This document shows positions 56,601 to 64,000 of a stretch of 64,000 nucleotides of DNA, piece by piece. Where the stretch lies: NCBI RefSeq assembly GCF_006345805.1, contig NC_043000.1, forward strand, positions 147,250,001 to 147,314,000, read 5' to 3'. The notes beneath the pieces were generated by a model that worked only from the letters and a program-made list of their open reading frames with translations, did not search any database and was not told the DNA's origin. Every line of letters begins with the position of its first letter. The stretch's first letter is position 1. The position numbers were made by a program, and so were the translations under genes. This stretch comes from Octopus sinensis (lineage: Eukaryota).

Positions 56601-57360
56601 AGTTCGATTGTCTTTTCAGTTTTGTTCCACGAATTTCCATAATTAATTGTTCTTTCAAATTATCTTCGCTTAATTTTGTAATTATCTCTGCTACGATAAT
56701 GATTTCTGATATTTATTGTTCGAGCGAGCGGAATGGTGAATGAGAGGGGGAAAAGCTGTTACTAAGCCGACATTGTTAGTAGGTAGGTTTCCATTCTGGC
56801 CTTAAGGTCACATTTACTTTCTAGTGTCCATTCTCAATTTCATTGTCATGTGTCTAAATATGAAATCATAATTACATAGGTTGAAAACGAATTTTTGCTT
56901 GATCATGTCTCTCTCTTTCTCCCTCATTCTCTCCTTTATATGTGTGTATGTGTGTGTTGTAGATGGATGTGGAGGGTCCGTTTTTGTAGCTGAAAACTTG
57001 GTGTTATTTATATGTTGTGTCTATTTATACCCCGTAACTTCGGTGTTCAACAACCCGATTTAAGTGATGGGGTTCATTTGATGTACTGCAACAATTGAAG
57101 GCGGTATTGAAACCAATGAATAAAGGAATATAATTGTGTGTGTTCATTATTTACAATGGATGGATAGGTGTCCTCGCCTTGGTTGTTGTTACCACAACGT
57201 TTTTTTTTTTTTTTTCGGATGATGTACTCTCCAGCCTTAAATAGGTGTTCTGGTGGAGTTTCGAACCCAACCCTTTTTTTTACTAATGGGATGCTCTGTT
57301 CTCATTCCTAAAGTATTCTTTTTTGCTGAAGTTATTTTTTCTATTGATATTATTTCCCAA

Positions 57361-57410
57361 CTCCCTGCCTGGGATCGAACCCGCGCTCTTATCCACTACG
57401 CTATATGCCC
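57361..57410 (-). promoter_or_regulatory. tRNA-like head with Pol III A- and B-box motifs (anticodon arm missing)
   Basis: Minus: gggcataTAGCGTAGTGGataagagcgcgGGTTCGATCCCaggcaggga. Confidence 0.65.
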
Positions 57411-57424
57411 GTAGGTAATTATAT

Positions 57425-57815
57425 GGGATTGGAAGCACTCCGTCGGTTACGACGATGAGGGTTCCGGTTGATCCTAATCAACGGAACAGCCTGCTCGTAA
57501 AATTAACGTGTAAGTGGCTGAGCACTCCACAGACACGTGCACCCTTAACGTAGTTCTCGGGGATATTCAGCGTGACACAGAGAGTGACAAGGCCGGCCCC
57601 TTGAAATATAGGTACAACAGAAACAGGAAGTAAGAGTGAGAGAAAGTTGTGGTGAAAGAGTACAGCAGGGATCACCACCATCCCCTGCCGGAGCCTCGTG
57701 GAGCTTTTAGGTGTTTTTGCTCAATAAACACTCACAACGCCCGGTCTGGGAATCGAAACCGCGATCCTATGACCGCGACTCCGCTGCCCTAACCACTGGG
57801 CCATTGCGCCTCCAC
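57425..57815 (-). mobile_element. tRNA-derived SINE family D inserted in the PLE 3' region
   Basis: Head gtggaggcgcaatggcccagtgg..gtttcgattccc; 12-bp TSD aggtaattatat at 57413-57424 and 57816-57827. Confidence 0.92.
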
Positions 57816-58578
57816 AGGTAATTATATAGTAAGTTTTGGAGCTTATAAACCTCACATTTTATCTTTTCTTAATACCGGTTCCCATATTACATTGATATCT
57901 GCACTAGGTCTGCTTAGGAGGTTATTGCGTCCTACTATATGTGCTGCCTCTTTTAATTTTCGTATTTTCCAATGGGGTTCTCTGTCTATTATTTTAACTT
58001 CATCCCACAGGGGCAGATGGTCTCCGTTTTTCTAAAAATGATCGGCTATACCCGATTTTTCAATATCTCCTTGTGTCACAGCTTTGCGATGTTCCTCTAC
58101 CCATATCTTAAGAAGGCGGCATGTTTTGCCTTTGTATAACCTACTGCAACTGCATGGGATAGAATGCACGCAGTTTTTGGTCATATTCTCTTTTATGAGT
58201 GGTTTTACTCGGAAGAGATATTTGCGAAGTGTTATATTACTTCTGAATAATGTCCTGGTGTCATATGGACCGCATATCTTTTGTATCTTTTTCGAGAGGC
58301 CTTTGACATAGGGTAGACAGACTATGGTCAGTTTATTGGTTTCATCCTCTCTCCTCTTCCTAAGTGGAGTGGATAGTATGTTTTCTGAGTAGCTGTTGAA
58401 TAGTAGATTGTTTCTTAGCCTGAAAATTTCTTCGTGGTGTGTATCAGGATCAATACTTATAGACTTTGCGCGATGTTTTAGGCACTGAATAACACCTCTC
58501 TTTTTACTGTATGGATGGGGAGAATTAAAATTGAGGTATTGTACAGTGAACAAATGGATGGGTTCGAAATTCTACCAG

Positions 58579-58624
58579 AACACCTGATGAAGGCTGGAGA
58601 GTATATCAGCCGAAACGTTGTGGT
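58579..58624 (+). ncRNA. Minimal type I hammerhead ribozyme (PLE type)
   Basis: aacac CTGATGA a GGCTG-gagagtatat-CAGCC GAAA cg TT gtggt; core intact, helix II 5 bp, helix I cac/gtg. Confidence 0.8.
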
Positions 58625-58894
58625 AACAATAAATAAGGTGAGGACACCTATCCGCCCAATGTAAATAATGCACGTAATTATGTGTATATGTTATTCAGTT
58701 TTATTTCAAGATTCCTTACCACTAGAGAAAGAGCAGGTTTCTAACTTAGATCCAAGACTTCTTCATTAGAATTTCAATATCAACAGCATGGTATTTTTGT
58801 AATAGTGCATGTATGTATACGTGCAGATTTGTATGTTTTCTTTTATGTATGTCTTCTCATGCATATACTTGTATATCTAGACATGATCATATAT

Positions 58895-59447
58895 ATTTAA
58901 ATGATAAACTATGGAAAGTTTTACAGATTTTTTACAGTTCCAGTAGTAGATTGGATCTGCTTTCTTCTTTCTGGTTTTGAGAAGATTAATTTCTCGCGAT
59001 TGGTATTTAGGCAGAATGCTACATATCCCAGTACTCCAATAATTACAAGTATAAACCTGAACTTTAATTACTCTGAACTAGTGAAGCGTAGGTTTCACAC
59101 TGACTTCACTTTATGTTAAATCGGGGCAGCTGATTTCTACAAATCTACACAGTTTTTCTTCTCTATCCCAAATCATTATATCAGTTCTATTGTGTTTTCA
59201 TTTTATTGAGGTCTTCACTGGGACATTGCACCAGTACTCCTTTTTATTATGAGTGGCTATGGCTTCCACCATACTGTGGGTCCTTGGAGTTATCCTTTCG
59301 ACGGATCTCGTTATACAGTATTATATCTCATTGGTAGATAATACCGTGATAACATTTTCGGACACTGCATATGATGTGGGTGATATCTTCAGTGTGAAAT
59401 CCACAAATTCTGCGTCGGTTGTCACATTTTACTGCTTTTCCTGCATC
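58895..59447 (-). mobile_element. Non-LTR retrotransposon 3' fragment with restriction-like endonuclease (R4/Dong/NeSL-like)
   Basis: RRICGFHTEDITHIICS (CCHC), KEYWCNVPVKT, HNRTDIMIWDREEKLCRFVEISCP (PD-(D/E)xK-type), FILVIIGVLG. Confidence 0.75.
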
Positions 59448-59449
59448 TC

Positions 59450-59494
<45 letters not shown>

Positions 59495-59630
59495 CCCTCT
59501 CCTCTCCTTCGCCTCTTCTCTCCTCTCTCTCTTGTACATCAGGTATTTGGTTTTTTTTTTTGATAGATCCTGTATGTATGGATTGAAAGATAGATAATCT
59601 ATAGTATAGATAGATAGTATGTATAGATAT

Positions 59631-59662
<32 letters not shown>

Positions 59663-59665
59663 TAT

Positions 59666-59702
<37 letters not shown>

Positions 59703-59965
59703 ATAGATAGATAGATAAGCAGACAAACACACGCACAAAGAGAGAGATCGTATTACGCTTGATCGTATCATGCTTGATCGTATTACGCTAGATATTACGC
59801 TTATCGTATTACGATAGATAACAGTAAAATCAAAAGAATATACCGCACTTGATACTGAAGAGTAGACAAGTATATTGGTACGTATAAATCAATAGCTTTT
59901 AACATATACGCCATCCAAGATTTTGAGGTCGATGCTCATTTAGGAGGTGTTTAGCTTCATATATT

Positions 59966-60268
59966 AAAAGAAATTTAACTCATCACGTGAATAAAATAAT
60001 CAATCTTTATTCGTGCACATCACTTTTTTGAATGCAAGTAAAAGCGCTCCGTGAAGCCTTTCCTTTTATATGGCCATGCACCGGTCAAAACTGGAGATGT
60101 ATCTGTACAGATATGTACAAAAGAAATTTAACTCATCATGTGACTAAAATAATCAATCTTTATTCGTGCACATCGCTTTTTTGAATGCAAGTAAAAGTGC
60201 TCCGTGAAGCCTTTTATATGGCCATGCATCGGTCAAAACTGGAGATGTATCTGTACAGATATGTACAA
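59966..60268 (+). repeat. About 150-bp tandem duplication
   Basis: aaaagaaatttaactcatc..gtacagatatgtac occurs twice with few differences. Confidence 0.9.
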
Positions 60269-60484
60269 GTCTACGTGATGTTATTTAACCAGTGCCATAA
60301 GATTAGCTACAGTTGCATGTCAAATATGAAAACCTTTATCATCATATTGTTATAGATTGTTTATGCAGAAAGGTTGAAACGTACCCATTAAACCAGGCTT
60401 CAACACTGAGTCGGTCGCATATGAAAGCAAAGTTAACGCCACCAATCTTTTGATTGAAAGCATTACATAAGAATGGTTGAAGTT

Positions 60485-60720
60485 CAATTCAAACACAGAC
60501 TATTTAACCGCAACACCCACTTCAAATACGTTGACAAGCGGACTAAAACTACGCTCTCCAACAATATCTGGAAATTAAAGGAGGTAAATTACGAAATCAA
60601 ATGGTGAATTCTATTCAATAGAAATATGTAAGTCCTAAGCCAATGAGGCCAAATTATGTACAACAAAGGTAACAAGTTATTGAATAAATTTCAAGATAAC
60701 ACTATGTTAGCTACGTCAAT
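60485..60720 (+). mobile_element. Decayed PLE GIY-YIG fragment (same type as 40270)
   Basis: FKHRLFNRNTHFK..KTTLSNNIWKLKE..YEIKW*IL..IMYNKGNKLLNK. Confidence 0.6.
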
Positions 60721-60986
60721 ACAAGACCAGATAATCAATGGCTACCAAACTTTGACAGGTTCTGACCACTCAAGAGGAAATACCACGTTCACCAGGATAA
60801 ATTTTAACCTGATAATGAACTGACACCCTCTATACACACTATTTATAGTTTTAACATTCGGCTTCACATTAAGAAACTTAAGTAACGATTGTGTATCTTA
60901 GGCACAACATAAAGAGTATAAGTGAATCTGACATCCATATTCAGTTCTCTGTAGTTGACGAATGCAAACCACATTAAAACACACAC

Positions 60987-61030
<44 letters not shown>

Positions 61031-61031
61031 T

Positions 61032-61083
<52 letters not shown>

Positions 61084-61349
61084 TATATATACTTTATTTA
61101 AAGCAGCAGAAAATTCAACAAAACCTGTTACTCTGAGTTTCCCGTTACCGTTCATCGGACAGTTTTTGCTAGAATGGAACCGATATGTCAATTCTATCCA
61201 GTTTACTCCGGTATATATATATTATATATATATATATATATAAGGGTAGGATCCCAGGATCCAAGTGTAGAAAGTTTGTAAGCTTCAAGCAGTCCATGGC
61301 AGGTATAGAAAACAAGAAGTGGACCGTACGTTCAGGAACAATAACAACT

Positions 61350-62233
61350 CATTATCGTACTTACAACGAAGAACTTCTTGCACTTAAACACTTTCTGGAC
61401 CTTCGACCCAACCCCAACCCGACACCTCCACACTTCTTTGTCTGGCAGAACTTGTTCTTTCCCTCAACTGCTTCTCGTTCGAGGGGGGTTTTTACCAACA
61501 GCTCTGGAGTGGCCATGGGAATGGGAATGGGCCCCAACTATGCGAACCTGTTCGCTAGCTACGTTGAGGCCCAAATATTCTCACGATTCACTGGTCCCAC
61601 TCCCGAGCTATATGGTCGTTGTATTGATGTCTGTATCAGTGCGACCTCGCTCTCCTGCGAACAACTAGACCCCTTCCTCTCTTTTGTCCAATCCTTCCAT
61701 CCTACTCTCGAATTCTCCTGCACTATTTCCAACACTTCCGTCGCATTTCAACAATTCTGCCAACATATACCACTCCGCTCTCACTACCTCCATCCACTAC
61801 AAACACACCGACTCACACTCTTACCTTTAATTTCTCCTCCTCCCACCCTACCCACACCAAGCTCTCCATCTCCTACTCCCAATTCCTCCGTCTGCACAGG
61901 TTCTGCAATGACAAAACCATGACTTTGAGACTCAGTCTCAACTCATGGCTCACCACTTCAAACTTCAGGGATATCCCCTCACCACTATCCACACAGCCCT
62001 TGAGAAGGCACGTTCTGTGAACCATACCTCTGTTCTCTCTCCCCGCAGCCGCCCCGCTGTTGCCTGTCTCCTGTTTCCACTCATCTACCACTCCTACCCT
62101 GCCCCTCCAACGTACCAGTCTCCGAGCTTTCTAGCGACTCCAGTCCGACCCCTCCACCTCACATACTTTCCCCAACATACCCCTTCCTTCCTTCAAACGA
62201 GCCCACAAACTGCGTGACTTCTTGATCCACAGT
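61350..62233 (+). mobile_element. PLE reverse transcriptase fragment (second family), frameshifted
   Basis: ALKHFLD, GVAMGMGMGPNYANLF, YGRCIDV (degenerate YIDD), [38 protein letters not shown]. Confidence 0.85.
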
Positions 62234-62333
62234 GTCTTCCTTCACTCCACCCCACAAAAAAGTTCGTATTCCATGTTTTCGTATTTTGTATTTCATGTTG
62301 TTTACGTTTTGTGAGACGTCCTGTACCCATATA

Positions 62334-62379
<46 letters not shown>

Positions 62380-62486
62380 TATATATATATATATATATAT
62401 CAGTATGTACATATATGCATATATGCCTTATATATATTTATTTATATTATTATATGATTGAACGCCACGCATGTATATATAGTAAA

Positions 62487-62533
<47 letters not shown>

Positions 62534-62573
62534 TATATATATATATATGTATATACACCATATATATGTAATA

Positions 62574-62623
<50 letters not shown>

Positions 62624-63282
62624 TTTCGTTCTTTCGTTCCCCTCTCTCACATTTCCTGGCCTTCTCTTCATGCTCACCTTCCCTCCTCTTTTACTTCACC
62701 CTGTACCTTTCATTTTTTCTCACCCTCCTTAATTCTTCTATCCCTCTGCCTCTCTCACTCCTCTCCCCACGTGACCGGTGTTCAGCCAAGCCTGACCTTT
62801 CTTTCTTGGTTCGAGTACCATCCGTGCAACATCTATATTCCTCCCTGTACCTTTGAAATCTTATGCCTCTGCCATAAAGCTTTACTTCCAAACACGCCAG
62901 CTTAATTTAATTCGTCCTTAGTCGAAAGACACCTGTTTCTAATGTCCTGTTATTTGTATTTATGTACCATTTCTCCGGTTTTTTTTCGTCTTTGTTTTCG
63001 TATACATTCGCTGCTTTCTTCCAAGGAATCTAATGCTCTTAGCTTAGTTTTTCTTTGGGGATGGCCAGATTGGGGAATTCTCGAGTAAAACCAGCCGAAA
63101 TTGCAAAGATAATCTGGAACTCGACGGAGGAAAGAAAACTCCGAACGACCCGTCCTTGTTTTCTTTGTATCGTCTGTCTGGATGTTTAGCGTTTTTGTCC
63201 CATTTTTGTAATTTTTATATATATATAAAAATATAGCGGTTCTATATTTAAGAGATGAGGAATTAAGTACCTTATTTACATT

Positions 63283-63369
63283 ATTTGCATTATTAATATT
63301 CGACGGATATTTGTCCTCAGCTTGTTTGTTGTTAACACAACATTTTGACTGGTATACTCTCCAGCCTTT
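63283..63369 (-). mobile_element. Solo degenerate copy of the PLE hammerhead terminus
   Basis: Minus aaggctggagagtataccagtcaaaatgttgtgttaacaacaaacaagctgaggac aligns to 58591-58647; core mutated. Confidence 0.75.
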
Positions 63370-63724
63370 AGCTTGTTATTCTCTTTAAGTGAACATTTTT
63401 CTGGTTGAAATACACGGAAAAATGGCAACACAGCAGTCAAAAAATCGTAAAAAAATAGGGATTTTCATAGAAAAAAGCACCTTTTTGATGTAAATAATTT
63501 TTGGTGTTAACGTGGCCCGATTTGAATTTTTTCTTCTACGGAAGGAAGAGCAAGCCTTCTCCTATCATACTTTCAATTTTGGTCAACCTGCGCCGCGGGG
63601 TCTCGGAGGAGATAGTGTTAGTTGAAGGCTACCAAACCTGCCATACACAGACAACTTCAGCTTTATATATATAGATTACTAAATTATATAGGATGCACTT
63701 TATTGTATTTTGTTATACCCGTAA

Positions 63725-63794
63725 TACCCCGATCTGTGGGAAAACTGTCTTGCATGAAACCGGTCTGTGGTACAAAAAAGGTTGGTTACTTCTG
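63725..63794. mobile_element. hAT/Charlie-like terminal relic
   Basis: tgggaaaactgtcttgcatgaaaccggtctgtggtacaaaaaaggttgg resembles Charlie-family ends as I recall them. Confidence 0.45.
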
Positions 63795-64000
63795 CTGTAA
63801 AGGACTGCGCTATCGTTTACCAATTGCAATAAATAATTAAATTCAGTGCTACCAATAACCCAAAATTCATTATGTTTTCTAGATATATCGCACAACATAT
63901 TTCTGTTAACAACTATGTTCTTGGTTATTTTTTTATTTTCTAATTCAAAGTCAAAAAAATGGTGACTAGTAGCTTGGATGGTTCCAAATTAAAGACAAGT

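Larger units (their letters stand above)
57145..58670 (-). mobile_element. 5'-truncated Penelope-like element with inverted terminal repeat
   Basis: Minus ORF 58553 to 57852 (one internal stop): QYLNFNSPHP (RT thumb), LPYVKGLS, CVHSIPCSC..YKGKT..EEH, DREPHWKIRKLKEAAHI (GIY-YIG). Segment 57145-57272(-) is repeated inverted at 58556-58670(+). Confidence 0.88.

Noticed and set aside
57361-57410. Functional tRNA gene (also the SINE heads)
   Set aside because: No complete cloverleaf; the anticodon arm is missing or the head runs into a SINE body.

Overview
Repeat-dense, AT-rich eukaryotic DNA that looks like gene-poor or intronic animal sequence. The SINE set and the AT/AAT/GATA microsatellite load suggest a cephalopod (Octopus-like) genome; this is pattern recognition, not a database result. 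I could not recognise any host protein-coding gene. Almost all listed ORFs are translations of microsatellites or retroelement fragments. The window holds several tRNA-headed SINE families (called A-D here), often with clean TSDs. It also holds fragments of RTE, CR1, Tx1 and RLE-type LINEs, several Penelope-like element (PLE) fragments, a decayed Chapaev3-like DNA transposon, MITEs (Merlin-like with an internal telomeric tract, piggyBac-like, Tc2/pogo-like, one long foldback) and a 100-N gap. The best signal is at 57.1-58.7 kb: a PLE with an inverted terminal repeat carrying a core-intact minimal hammerhead ribozyme, plus a tRNA-like A/B-box head between the ORF stop and the in-sense hammerhead copy. 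Also notable are an 18-bp GC-rich minisatellite built from a SINE 5' end, SINE multimers and insertions joined at GGTAYTT, and nested Tx1 3' ends in (TATC)n. Coordinates were counted by hand and may be off by a few bases. Family names come from recalled motifs and need database confirmation.
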